From assembly GCF_009914755.1 (NCBI RefSeq), contig NC_060930.1: a stretch of DNA of 64,000 bases; one strand, given 5' to 3'. The translations under genes were made by a program, and so were the position numbers. Positions 1 through 12,745 of this stretch are shown in pieces (within the stretch, counting starts at the first letter, position 1; the number at the start of each line of letters is the position of its first letter). This DNA is from the human T2T-CHM13v2.0 reference genome, Homo sapiens. The notes under the pieces are model-generated. The model did no database searches and was not told where the DNA came from. It worked only from the letters and a program-made list of their open reading frames with translations.

Positions 1-59
1 TAAAGACCTTGAACTAATCTTTATTTCCTTACCACCTTCTCTTCTTCAATCAAAAACAA

Positions 60-465
60 TTTGGATTCTATCCTATTACTCTACTGAAGTACCCTCCATA
101 AAGTCATCCATGACCTCCATGTTGTAAGATGCTAAAGAGAGTCCATATACAACTTCTAGCAGCAGCACTTGACAGAACTGAACATCTGTTTTCAAAATAG
201 TATTTTCTCTTGGACTCTGTGATGTCACATTCTACTAGTTTCCCTCCTACTTCCCAGACCACGACTTCTGAGTCTCCTTTTCTAGCTCTTTCTTCTCAAC
301 AACACTTAAATATTAAGGCCTATTTTCTCAGTGTATAATGCCCTGGACAATCTTACTCCTGTCCATTCTTTCAATTATCATTTAGTTGTTGATGACTCAT
401 GGGTTCAGGCCTATCAATATCTTATCTTCTGTGCTTGAGATCTCTAATGTCTAGCTGCTACTCAG
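60..465 (+). mobile_element. L2 LINE fragment
   Basis: L2-type text (agcagcacttgacag...ctcttggactctgtga...ttccctcctacttc); approximate boundaries. Confidence 0.6.
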
Positions 466-467
466 TA

Positions 468-630
468 GCTGGGAGCCAGAATGCCCAAGTTTGAAGCCTA
501 GCTCTGCTACTTTGCATGTCCTTGGGCAAATAACACTCTGTGCCTCTGTTTCTTCCTCCATAAAATGAGAATAAAAACAGTTCCTACTCCTACTTTATAG
601 GGTTGTTGTGAAATTAATATTTGAATTAAC
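468..630 (+). mobile_element. MIR SINE
   Basis: ggagccaga...gctctgctact...cttgggcaa...tgcctctgtttc...taaaatgagaataa...agggttgttgtgaaattaa MIR core. Confidence 0.75.
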
Positions 631-634
631 ATTT

Positions 635-745
635 GTCAATGGGGACTGTGTTTCTCTTATTCACTGTTGTTTCTGCGGCACCAACTGCAGTGCCTCAAAG
701 CAGGTATTCAATAAGCATCTGCTGATTCACTTAATGAATGAAATT
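635..745 (+). mobile_element. L2 3' end
   Basis: ggggactgtgt...ttcactgttgt...caggtattcaataag...aatgaatgaa typical L2 terminus. Confidence 0.6.
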
Positions 746-1559
746 ACCAGATGGTATATTATCACAATTCTGAGGCATTTTCTGCTAGCCCTATTAAATT
801 TTAAATTTCTTGCTACAGCTATCTTATATACCCTTCTAAAGGAGATCACAATTTGAAAGAAAAATAATTTGCAAGAACATTCCTGAAAAAAATAACTTTT
901 GTTGAAAAACATTCACTCACAGGCAAAAATCTGTGTTAGAAATCCATGTCAATATGACTCAGGCAATAAAAATGATTTGAAGTATTGGTTTCAACAGTCA
1001 TTATGAATTATAAAGTGATTCAATATAAATCAAAATAGAACATATTACCTCATCTCTTTCATTAGGCTTTTGAAAAATGAGAAGTGACTGACCTAGTGAG
1101 CACTGAAATCAAAGAAAAAGTGGTGGAAGGAAAAGCACCAGGTCTTTAACATCCAGGCAACACGGCAGGCCGCTGCCAAACAGCAACTGGCTCCCACCAC
1201 AGACAACAGCAGTGGTGGTATAGAGGGCAGTATATGTCTGTCTGTCAACTTTACTGTTTCAAATCTGGAAGGCCGGGGAGAAGCCTACAGAGTAGAAGGT
1301 ATTTTCAGGAGAGGGGAAACTTTGTAAACAAGTGCTTTTTACTTGAAAATTTAGTGAAGATGTGTGTTAGTGAAGATTCATATCCCAAGTCACACTCGTC
1401 ACCCTACTTTGGTGCCACTTTATTGAAGGGTTTTTCCAGTGAGACTGGCTGGCTCCAGTTTGGGGACTCTTGACAAAGTTATCTTCTCAGTAATTCTTAT
1501 CTTCTGCTACTCTGGGCAGTTAAGAGGGCTACACAGTCTAACCCAAGTCAGTGGTCGCT

Positions 1560-1885
1560 GTGGTGGTCATGAATGCTGTTCATCACCACCTCTTCACCCC
1601 TTTAAGTTGTAGTGGCCCTATGACTTGCTCTGGCCAATGACATGTAAGCTGAAGTAACATGGGTCTTTCAGACAAGTGCATTAAAAGCCAGTGTGGGATT
1701 TGCCAGAATCTCTTTTGCCACCACTCCCTCTTCCCCATGACAACTAGAAATGACCTAGATGGCAGCTGCCCCAGCAGGTTGGACTCTGAAGGAAGGATGA
1801 TGAGAAGCAGAGTCAAGGTAGAACATGCTGTCTTAATCCACTGAGATTTCAGGCTGTTGCTGAATGATAACACAGGTCTATTTCT
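1560..1885. mobile_element. MLT1-type MaLR LTR fragment
   Basis: tggccctatgacttgctctggccaatgacatgtaagc...aagccagtgtg...atccactgagatttcaggctg resembles old MLT1 LTRs. Confidence 0.55.
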
Positions 1886-1977
1886 CACTGATGTGAATTT
1901 GTAGTTTGCTGCTATGTGTAGGGAACTATGCTAAACTAAAAGGGATAAAAATATTTCGTTAAAAAACAACTGAATTT

Positions 1978-2299
1978 GGCCAGGTGCGGTGGCTCATACC
2001 TCTAATCCCAGCACTTTGAGAGGCCAAGATGGGTGGATCATGAGGTCAAGAGATAAGAGACCAGCCTGGCCAACATGGTGAAACCCCATCTCTACTAAAA
2101 ATACAAAAAAAAATTTAGCCGGGCATGGTGGCGGGAGCCTGTAATCCCAGCTACTCGGGAGGCTGAGGCAGGAGAATTGCTTGAACCTGAGAGGAGGAGT
2201 ATGCAGTGAAGTGAGCCAAGATCGCACCACTGCACTCCAGCCTGGGCGGCAGAGCAAGACTCCGTCTCAGAAAACAAACAAAACAAAACAAAACAAAAC
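1978..2299 (+). mobile_element. Alu (AluS, Sc-like), full length, (AAAAC)n tail
   Basis: GGCCAGGTGCGGTGGCTCA... dimer; TSD AAAACAACTGAATTT on both sides. Confidence 0.95.
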
Positions 2300-3559
2300 A
2301 ACTGAATTTTCTGACTTTCCCTTTCCGTTAGGTTTCAAGCACTCACTTGGCAATGAGATCAAGGGCTAGGCCAGCTTCTACCATTTACACATTAAGTATA
2401 AATAAGTTTCAGGGCTGGGATTACTAGTGAAATGTAGAAATGTGCTCATGAATTGTGGAGATAAAATTTTTACAGCTTATAAAACTATGCTTTCAAAAAC
2501 AATTATCAGTACAAGATAGGGCTTATGCAGAGGGACAAACAGAACAGATCTGAGTTAAGGGGTAGGTATGATTTCTGTAATTCACTCTAGGACAAGAAAA
2601 AGCAGTAATTTCTTTTGACTAAAGTATGTGTTGTTTTTGAATCAACTCTGTACACTCCTATATTCCTTTTAAAGTACAAATTAAATTTACCAATCATAAT
2701 GGAATAGTCAATGTGTAACAGCTATAACTCATTAACCATGGAAATTTAATTATAAACATAATAAGCAAAATTACAATTCTCTGTTTTACTGAATTAAACT
2801 TTTAAATGAAAATATTAGCTATTCAGTATTTTACATTCCTTTCTTATAAAAATTTCAATAATGCCAAATAGTAAATTAACATTTAAAATATATGTAAGGC
2901 TAAATCTAAACCTCTAAGAAATCAAAGGGCCAAACATATTAATATACAACAATTACATAATTATATAGTTACATTAATATAACAATCAGTATCACCTGAT
3001 AAATATAATTAAAATTGTTCCTTTCTAGGAAATTGGCATAAATGTGTCATTAAGTTTTAGTTAGTTTCCTCAAATTAAGGACCATATATGTACCTTGTAG
3101 AATCACTTTCACATTTACTTCTTATAATTTCTTCTTAGGTTTATAATTTCAGAATGCTCTATGTTAAATCTATTTTAAAGGTCTACAATAAATGACCTAC
3201 TGTATTTAGTAATGATATAATCTACAAATAGTCTCCAGCTGATTTTCAAAACTTTCTTTTTCAGAGAATCAGGATGTACAGAACAGATAAAAAGGATGAT
3301 GTTTTGCTAGCTGGGGTGGGGGTTGAAGGTGGAGCCACAGAGGCTATTTGTGGTTAGAGATCATGCATATTGTCCATCACCTTACTACATTACATTTTCT
3401 CCTTCTCATCTCCTACCCCAAGCCTTCCAGGCTAGTTGCTTATTTATATTATCCATGTACAGATTTTACTTTAAAAGTCACTGGAAGAATTTTCTGTTGC
3501 GGTTTTAAAAAGTAAAGGTCTCAGAAAACCTGTTGAAGAGTTTTAGTCAATGACTAAAT

Positions 3560-4020
3560 GACTAAACATTTACTAAATGTTTTCTAGTGCCAGGCATACA
3601 GTGTTAAGCATGAGGATATGAAAACAGCAGAAACGTCATTTTTGAGTTGTACAAATCCTACTGGGGAAAAGGGAGTGAGTAGGTGAGAGGGCTCACAGAG
3701 CCATAAACAATGAACTATAATAATAGCGTATGCAGAGAATGCAGGAAAGGAAGTGAAGGTGGGGAGGGGGTGTCTTAGTGTTGTGCAGCCAGGGAAGGCC
3801 TCGGAGGGGCTGTATCTATCTTGGTGGGTGGAAGGAGCAGGGTGAAAGACATTCTAGGTAGAAGGAATGCAGATTTAAGAAGCACACAGATGGGCTTGGT
3901 GCGTTTTTTGGAAGAAAAAGGGTCTGTTATACAGTGGAAGGTCCATGAGGACTGTTATGAAGGAAACCAGAAAAGGTAGGCTGAGGCTGAATTACAAAGG
4001 CTTTGTAGGCCAAATCAAAA
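3560..4020 (-). mobile_element. L2 fragment
   Basis: aaacatttactaaatg...gtgccaggca...gacattctaggtagaagg...ggctttgtaggcca, antisense L2 pattern. Confidence 0.55.
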
Positions 4021-4294
4021 CGACTCAACTTTTAAGGCCACACGGACCAGTGGTGGTTTGCAAGAAGACTGTGTGGAGTGATGACAACTTTCCTTAGTGC
4101 CACAGTGGGGAAGAGACTGAAGAGGGGAGACGCTGGCAGTACGAAGGTCAGTTGGATGAACATTACTGTCGGTTTTCTCCCTGTGTACTGGCCTGTCATT
4201 CCAATAACAAAACCGACCAACCAGAACATCAACTTTTTTTCTTACAGGTCTCATCAAGTTTTCCAGTTTTGGTTTATGAGCTACATTTAATCAC

Positions 4295-4410
4295 TAAAAT
4301 GTAAGCTCCACAAGGCCAGGGATTGGGGGCTATTTTATCTCAGGCATATCTCGAGGCCATGAGCAGTGTCTGACATATAGTTGGCACTCATCCAATATCT
4401 GCTGAAGAGA
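4295..4410 (+). mobile_element. L2 3' end
   Basis: aatgtaagctccacaaggccaggga...gtctgacatatagttggcactca. Confidence 0.6.
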
Positions 4411-5099
4411 TACTTGATTTCTTCCAAATAGTGATTGTGATCTGGAGCACATCTCTCACGGTTTTTTCCCAATCACCGCCCAATCTGATAAGCACCATTT
4501 CCATGTGCCACTCTGTACAGGTGAGGACACTATATAAAAACATGCCTAGAAGGGTCTTCCTGCTGAGGGGGCCACTCAAACTCACGGTCATCAAAACTTT
4601 CTGTCTCTTAATAAGTGAAAAACATGGTTCTTACTGCTCTCAAGGTCTTTCCCAGAAGACTGTCTCAATAAGGACGCTGTTGAGAAGGGGCAGAGAAAGC
4701 TTTATCAGCTTTTCTTTCATTTTGCAATCTATTTATATTCTTATTTTTGTTACGTCTTTTTGTTTTTTTTCCCCTAAATTAATGAAATATAGACTTAACC
4801 ACATATTTATTTTTTCTTAATGCAGACCTTTGGAATTATGTATTTTTTTAAGTATAACTCTGGCTGCTTTCCAACAAATTTAATGTGATGCTTATACTGT
4901 AGTTGTTAAGTAGTCTAATATTGTATACTCATTCCTTGATCTAGTTATTTGAGAGATTTTTAAATTTTCAAGTAGTTTTACCATTTTAAATATGTGTACA
5001 TTTCTAATGTTATATTTTGATTGGAGGTATGATGTACATATTTTCCTAAAATTTTCATTGTCTACAGCATATGAAAAATATTGTAAAGAATTTAATTAC

Positions 5100-5682
5100 T
5101 ATATTAGTCTGTTTTGTGTCACTATAAAGGAATACCTGAGGCTGGGTAATTTATAAAGAAAAGAGGTTTATTTTGGCTCATGGTTCTGCAGATGATAGAA
5201 GCAGCATAATACCAGCATCTGCTTCTGGTGGGGCCCTCAGGAAACTTACAATCATGGCAGGTGAAGAGGGAGCAGGTGTCACACATGGCCAGAGGGGGAG
5301 CAGGAGAGACAGGGGAAGGGAAAGGAGGTAGCAGACTTTTTTTTCTTTTCTTTTTTTTTTTTTTAAAGTAGAGACAGAATCTGGCTTTTATTGCCTGGAC
5401 TTGTCTCAAATTCCTGAGGCTCAAGTGATCCCCCTCCCTCAGTCTCCCCAAGTGTTGGGATTACAGGCATGAGCCACCATGTCCGGCCAGATTCTTTTTA
5501 ACAACCAGACCTTGCTGTAACTAATAGAGTGAGAACTCACTCATTACCCTGGAGGAAGGCACCAAGCCATTCATAAGGGATCTGGCCCCATGACCCAAAC
5601 ATCTCTCATGAGACCCCATCTTTAACATTGGGGATCACATTTCAATATGAGATTTGGAGGGGACACACATCCGAACTATATC
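5100..5682 (-). mobile_element. MST (MaLR) solo LTR interrupted by an Alu monomer
   Basis: tattagtctgttttg...gggtaatttataaagaaaagagg...cttacaatcatggc...tttcaatatgagatttggaggggaca; Alu monomer inside at about 5337-5488. Confidence 0.85.
5337..5488 (-). mobile_element. FLAM/AluJ left monomer
   Basis: Poly-T, then gtagagacag...ctcaagtgatcc...gggattacaggcatgagccacc...ggcc; monomer only. Confidence 0.85.
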
Positions 5683-8600
5683 GATTACCTGATTTTTAAT
5701 TTCACTGTATCACTATTTCAATTCTTCCTTTTAACTATATTGCATAGCTGTTATTTCTTCACTGTATGGGATTAACATATATTTTTATTTTAAGGTATTG
5801 TGATCACTGTTTTCAATTCTTTTTTTTTTTTCCAATTAGGCCTTTTGTTGATATCTCTACTTTCTGGATTTAAATCTACCTAATTAGAGATCATAATTAA
5901 AGTTCTTTCCATATATAAGAAAGCAGGATAAATGTGAGCTCAATTTTTATAATTTAGTATTTAGGCAGGATTTGGGAGGGTGCTAATGTATTTCTGGTGC
6001 ATCCAAATGTATTGTTGGATTTTTCTTGTTTATACCACATATTTCTACCTTTTATGGAAAATTCAATATAAGCAATATATGTGGGTTATTTTATGGTATC
6101 AAATTTTTTGTATTCATAAAAATAGCAAAACCAGATTGCTGTTAATGCTCTTCCATTCTTTGCTCTGGTCACTAGGAAACCGGAAGATACATTTCCATCC
6201 AAAGCCCAGATGATTTACAAACTGGCAGAATACACTGCTATGTGCTAACCTTATCTGAAACTTTAATATGCCCTAACTTTATTCTCTGTTTTTCCACAGC
6301 TCTGTTTGAATCATACACATTTTCTGGCACTCTGATTTTTTTGCAGAATCAGGCAGGAGACAGATGGATAGTCTGGGAGATGACTCACTTTCTAATGAAT
6401 TGTGGCAGACATTGAGTTTGAAAGGTAACCAGTCATATATCCTAATTTTCTAGAGAATTTCTAAACATTTTTACGATTATCCATAACTAAACAAACTCTA
6501 AAAAATCAATTTCTAACCCCCAAATACTCCGAATGTCTTAACCCTATTATGAAAAAACAACTACATCTTCCCACCAGTAAACTGACATTCTTAATCTTCT
6601 CTCTCTCCTCCCTACTCCACAATCCTACTCCCCTCTGTGTTTCCTCCTTGTTAGTCTTAAAATTTGGCAGTATTATATTTATTGAGTAAATCTCTTTCAG
6701 CAGTATTTCATACTGGTGTTTGCAGCAGTGGATAACTTTTAGGGGGAATCTGAAGAAAAATCCTTTTGCTGCCTTCAAAATGAGAGGTTATCATAGTAAA
6801 CTCATCTACTGTAAAAATCCATTCTGTGTCTTTTACCAGTCTTGGATAAGATGTCTTCCGCATCTTTTTTCTTTGAAAGCTAGTTCTTAATCATTTTGGC
6901 TTCCAGGAGTTGGCTACTGTTTTTCTATTTTACAAAGTTAAAATGTACTGGCAGAATATTTTCTTTGAGGATTAAAAACTCTGGTCTATTCTAAATGTCG
7001 TCTCTTAGCTTACAAAATATTTTTGCAAATCAGATTACATTTTTTCAGGTATCTTATTCAACTGTCAGTTTCCATGTGGTTTGTCTATTTTCTCTGCCAT
7101 ATTTATATTCACCATAGTGGGCGAAATCTTATTGTTGGCTCCTACACGTCCTATCTCCCTACTCTTCTCACAGGGCCTCGATTTCCTGTTCAGGAATTAT
7201 CTATACTTCCTTATACTACTCAGTCTTCACGGGATATGAATCCAAACTTTGAGGAAGACTTCTAGCATATCCTTTTTCATTCTCCAAGATCCCCAAAGAG
7301 GCTGCATGTAACTGAAACTCTGACAATTAGCCTCTTTCTTCAGGGACTTTGTGTCTTGAGTAGAGTAACAGAAGGGTGGAAGAAATAGTCCATGTTACTA
7401 ATTGCAGGGTGTCCCAAGGTGATAGTACAGCTATAGAGATCCCCTATGCCAACTTGACACTTTTTGTTCCAAGTTGCTCTTCAGCCCTCTCTCTGATTCT
7501 GTAACATTTCTATGTCCTATTACATTCACTTTCTGCTCAATATAGCTATTGGTTTCTGTTGTAAAACAAATAATGTTACATGGTATAGTCACATAAATTC
7601 TTTTCTACATGTGTCATCTTCTCTTGCAATGTCATATTTTACACGTTTTGCACTTGTCAATTTCAATATCATCTTTGCTTTACTCTTATTCTGTAGTAGT
7701 ATTTCCAAAATTTGTTCTGAAAAATAATTCTAATTTACTGTTAACAGATGTCACTTTTTTTTTTAATAGAGGAAGGCTATTGTTAAGTAAGTGTGGAAAA
7801 TGCAAGGATAAATAAAAGTTAATTCACTTCTTTTTTTGTGCATTCTGAATTTCCAAGAAAGAATACAGGATGTAGCTCTTCCCAAACTTATTTTTAGTAT
7901 GTATACAGATACAGATTTATCCTGCCATATCAAAAGAAACTAGTGGTCTTTAGAACATATTTTGGGTAATCATATTCTAGATGCTGCTATATTTACTATC
8001 TCCAGTGAGAATTTTAGCTCCCTTCCAGCTTATAATAGAGCAGTGCTACCTTTTAAATTTATTTTTAATACTGATTCTTCCTATTTAATATTCATCTTAT
8101 CCCCATCCTATCTGTTTGTAATTCTTGTGGTTGAGCTTCTTATATAGCATTTGAAAATACTGATGCTTGACTTTTTTATGGTGCTACAAAATATTTTAAC
8201 TGAGCTACGAGGTTTCAAATTTTTGAATATGTGCCTGTAATCAAAGTTTACTACAGGTACTTCATGTTTCTATTATTTTTTTGGTAGCTTAGACTTCTGC
8301 TGGGATTCTTAACTATTGTCCAGTGTTTCTAACTGTAACTTTCCTGAAACACATATCACAAATCAGCAGTACTTCTTCTCCTGCTTTTGCATACAAATTT
8401 AACAATCTTGAGCTGATATCAATGTGGGGTCTATCTACTTCTGATGGTGATTTGTTCTTAAAATACTCCTGAGCCTCAGTGATGAAATCAGAATGTTAAA
8501 TTATGGTGGTTTAAAAGTCCCTCTATGAGATACATAGAAAGACAAATTGTCCTAGACACCTTAGTAAATTGTCTGATCTATGTAAAAAGTGTGTGGTATA

Positions 8601-10888
8601 AAACTTTATCAACTATTTAAAACCAACTTATTCATAATTTGCTATGTTGGTGTTCTATTAAATGAATGCTCATTTAAAAAAATTTTGATATGAATACAAA
8701 TAGCTCAAGAACAGACCTGGGGTAAAAAATTTTCCGGATCACATTCCTAATGGCCAATTCCCCTGAATGCATTCATCAAATGAAAATCAATCGTCAGGGT
8801 CTAAGTAACTGGGAGAAATAGGCAAGTGATGATGTTAAAACAATCCAGTATTAATCACTTCTCACTTGCCAACACCACTTCAGAGAATAAATATTCATTG
8901 ATTATAGCAATATTATTCAAAATAAAAAGATACTGAAAATAATCTAACTGTTCAACATTCTGGAAACTATAAGAAAAAACATGCTAAGAATATGGGTCCC
9001 TATAACTAAAGCACTCTACAGATACAAAAATAAAAGAAAAAATCTTAAATTTTTATCATAAAATTTAAAATACAGAAAACCTACATGTAATAAAAACATG
9101 TTTGTATAGTGATAATGGCAAAACAGACTGAAAGAATAGTTATTTGCAATGGAAGTGTTCTTTGTAGCCATTTGTTTACTAAAGTTCACTATACAGAATT
9201 AAAAAATATCCTTACAAAGTCTTAGGCAAATTATTTTATCTATAGGCAAACTATAATATCTGTGGGTATTATAATTATATATATATACATATCAAGTATA
9301 CACATATATAGAAACACATATATGTATGTAAACTTAAAACACTGAGTGAAAACGTATCCTAATCAAACATGATGTATATTTAGAATAGATACATATGTGT
9401 TTTTCTTTGTATGCTTTATTATCCTAATTGAGCCCAGACACAAAAGGATGCAATCCTTATTTCCTCCAAATTGTCTCACCTCCACATAGATTATGGAAAA
9501 AGTTAAAACCAAGGTCATCTTAGCATATCATGTCCAAAGCAATGAGAACATCCTGGCATTGGATACTCAAAGACAAGTATTCTAAAAGCAGAAACCTGTT
9601 AACTAAAATAACATTAGTTAATTTTAAACATAACTTTTTAAAAATATAGGGTTTTAGGGTTTTTTGGTTTTGGCTTAATCCTTAGTATACCCTAAACTGA
9701 ACTGAACACATGAAGTTATCTGGTAGTGGAAAAACAGAAAAAAGGGAGGAAGAGGCATAACAGACCAGGGGATCACATTACCCTGGCTGAGAAGGTAACA
9801 GAGTTCACAATGAACAACATTTAACACTAAAACAGGAGAGATATAGATGAATACAGAAGTCATCTATATACTTTGAAAAGATCTAAGGTAGAATAAAATC
9901 TAAACAGAGAGGAAATGTAAGATTGTGAAGGTTGTATGTTTTGGTTAAGAAAGTACTTGAGAGACAGGAACAAAGTCAAGCAGCTTTTCTCATTAAACAT
10001 TTATTGCTGTGCTTAAATCTGTTTGAAGGAGCATAGCAATACATGAAATACTGGTTTGGGTAAGATCTACTCTTTCCCCAGCCGGAATGCTGAGGCTAAC
10101 TCAAATCTGACTGACGTGCAACTGAAATATGTGACAGTTTTTCCATAATGTCAACATTTAACACTGTCAACATTAAAGATGAGGCCCATTCCAACAACCC
10201 TTAGTGGACACTCAAACGATATTCATAAAGTTGTCCAAAACCTTTCAAGAAAATAGCATCAGTGACCTTTATGAGGATGATACAAAAATCCTTTCTTAAT
10301 CTATCAATAAAAGGCAGCTAAATTTAAAATTCCTGCTTTGCTCCAAGCAGTGGATAATTAATGAAGCCTTGACTCAGGAAGAGCTCCAAAGCACTTGATA
10401 CAGGGATGCTGGCCTTTAGGACTGTTTACTTGGTAGCTAAGTGTCTCACCCCCTTAATTACATAAAAACTACAATTTTTATATCTTACTTGCCAGGCTTT
10501 ATTCATTTAAAAAAGTTTTTATTTGTATTAACATTAAAATAATTCTCAAAGAAAAAAATTCATCCACAAGCCTGCCACTACACTAAACTTCTTTAATTTG
10601 TCCATAGGCACATATAATTTGTAGCTATAATCACACCATACATAACATAATAGAGCCAGTTTCTAAAGGCATTACTTAACATTCCCTGACAATATGTTCT
10701 CCCAAACTTTCCCAGCTTGCTCATTTCATTAGTACATATTGTAAGAAATTCAGTGTAAGCTACAGCTTCATTGAAATATAAAAATTCCATAGATTCCTTC
10801 TAAATATATGTCACGAATGGCATATTTTACCAAAAATGTAGTTTAAGACACTTTATAATTCACATTTATATACCACTTTTCATCTTAC

Positions 10889-10969
10889 CTCTTCTCCAGA
10901 CAGATAGTAGGCTGAGAGTAGTCCACCAACAAAGCGTATATTTACTTCAAAGACAGAAATTTCAGCATT
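10889..10969 (-). CDS. MAN1A1: MAN1A1 coding exon (probably exon 5), 81 nt, phase 0 to 0
   Basis: Minus strand ttttttttttccatag|AATGCTGAA...GGAGAAGAG|gtaaga; NAEISVFEVNIRFVGGLLSAYYLSGEE contains the GH47 FExxIRxxGGLLSAY motif. Confidence 0.97.
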
Positions 10970-11129
10970 CTATGGAAAAAAAAAATTCAAACATGATGAT
11001 AGTACACAATTCAGAAAACCATTATTGTGTTAAATTATACTAAATACTTAAATTTTGTTCAAATCTTATGCTTGCCCAGAGAAGTTTATATACAGGGGGA
11101 AATGTTCTCCCTTTTAAAATTAAGGTATT

Positions 11130-11220
11130 AAATATCACTGTGCATTATACGTATCGAAACATCACTAACGGACCCCCAAAATACGTACAATCATTATATG
11201 ACAATTTTTAAAAATAAAGG
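11130..11220 (+). mobile_element. Old L1 (L1M) 3' end fragment
   Basis: tgtgcattatacgtatcgaaacatcac...ccccaaaatacgtacaat...aaaaataaa. Confidence 0.5.
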
Positions 11221-11241
11221 AAAAAACATACTTAAAATAAA

Positions 11242-11600
11242 TGATACGGTTTGTCTCTGTGTCCCCACCCAAATCTCATCTTGTAGCTCACATAATTCAC
11301 ACATGTTGTGGGATGGACCCGGTGGGAGATAACTGAATCATGGGGAGGGGTCTTTCCTGTGCTGTTCTTGTGATAGTGAATAAGTCTCACAAGATCTGAT
11401 GGTTTTAAAAAGGGAGTTTCCCTGCACAAGCTCTTTCTCTCTTTGCCTGTTGCCATCCATGTAAGTTATGACTTGCTCCTAGCCTTCCGCCATGATTGTG
11501 AGGCCTCCCCAGCCATGTGAAACTGCTAAATCCATTAAACCTCTTTTTCTTCCCAGTCTCAGGTATGTCTTTATCAGCAGTGTGAAAACGGACTAATGCA
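11242..11600 (+). mobile_element. THE1 (THE1C-like) MaLR solo LTR
   Basis: tgatacggtttg...tgtgtccccacccaaatctcatcttg...ccatgattgtgaggcctccccagcc...gactaatgca; TG...CA ends. Confidence 0.92.
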
Positions 11601-11864
11601 AGAGATAAAAATAATTTTGACTCCTAAACAAAATTACAAAAATATTTGTCAAATAAAGTTCTTTCCTCTCTCTTCAACAGCAGATACAATATTTGATATT
11701 CTCTATTTGTGTAAACATAATGGGGCCAGGGCATTTTTTTTTCTGCTCTGCATTCTCCTTTATTTTATTCATTTGTCTGCTTTTTCTTCCTGAAAGGCTA
11801 TTCAGCCTATACTTAGGCTGGTACTTCAACATTAGTCTAGGAATCTTTTCATCATGATGCACAA

Positions 11865-12290
11865 CTGGACTGCAAATAGGATTTGAAGTCTGAGGACCTG
11901 GGTTCTAGTGCTGGTTTCCAACTTTTTGCCTTTGGCTTGGGATTGTTCTTCTCATCTCTGAGAAGATATTTCATCTTCGCATAAAGGACATGATAATAAT
12001 CATGTATGTTATACCATGCTGAAATAGCCCTTATTTACATCAATAATAGCTTGCTTTTATTATTTACAACGTGCCAGGTGCTGTGCTAATGTCTTTATAT
12101 AGACTCTTTTAGTCCTCACAATGACCTTATGAATTAATTACTATTCTTATATCCATTTTAAAATGTTGAAGCTGAGACTTATAGTGGTTAATGTGACTTT
12201 TTGAAGTTCAGACAACTAATAATTGGTAGAAGCAGGATTTGAACTTGAGTACTGTGGCTCCTGATTCAGGGCTCTGCTATTCTGACTTCT
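11865..12290. mobile_element. Two adjacent MIR fragments in opposite orientation
   Basis: gaggacctgggttctagtgctgg... (plus), then gtgccaggtgctgtgctaa...ccattttaaaatg...gctgagac...gcaggatttgaac (minus). Confidence 0.6.
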
Positions 12291-12619
12291 ATATACCTCA
12301 CAGGATAATGCACCAAGTCTCTTTATTCATGGTCATATAATTAGTAATTACTGCTAATATTTTATACTTGATTAGTAAATAGATCTGTCTTACATTCTGT
12401 TACTAGGTAAGTTAGAATAGCTAACCTACTATTTAGATCATAAAGCACATTTCAAGCTTTAGTTAGCTTCTTTTCATGTTCATTGGGCCTACTGAGTAGT
12501 TGTTCACTTTTGCCTAACATCAAACCATTCACTAATAATCATGGGACTCACAGCAATTTATAATATATGGAGTCAATATCTGGCAAATAAACTTAGTCAA
12601 AATCATGAGATATTATTTC

Positions 12620-12745
12620 CTTTAACAAGCATTTATTAAGCAACTACTATGTGCCAGACCCTGTCCTAGGTGATAGGGAAATGGCAATAAGGACTGATAA
12701 GGTCCTCAAGCTCACTTGAGTCTACATTTTAGTGGGATAAAATAT
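12620..12745 (-). mobile_element. L2 3' end
   Basis: aacaagcatttattaagcaactactatgtgccagaccctgtcctagg. Confidence 0.65.

Noticed and set aside
1994-2369. Alu-derived ORFs here and at 18756, 20412, 36336, 40245, 41824, 56311 and 60054
   Set aside because: Typical Alu translations ([21 protein letters not shown]); not genes.
6347-6424. Plus-strand exon-like segment (ttttttgcag|...AAAG|gtaacc), possible antisense transcript exon
   Set aside because: The donor is weak, the region is T-rich so acceptor-like sites arise by chance, and no partner exons were identified.
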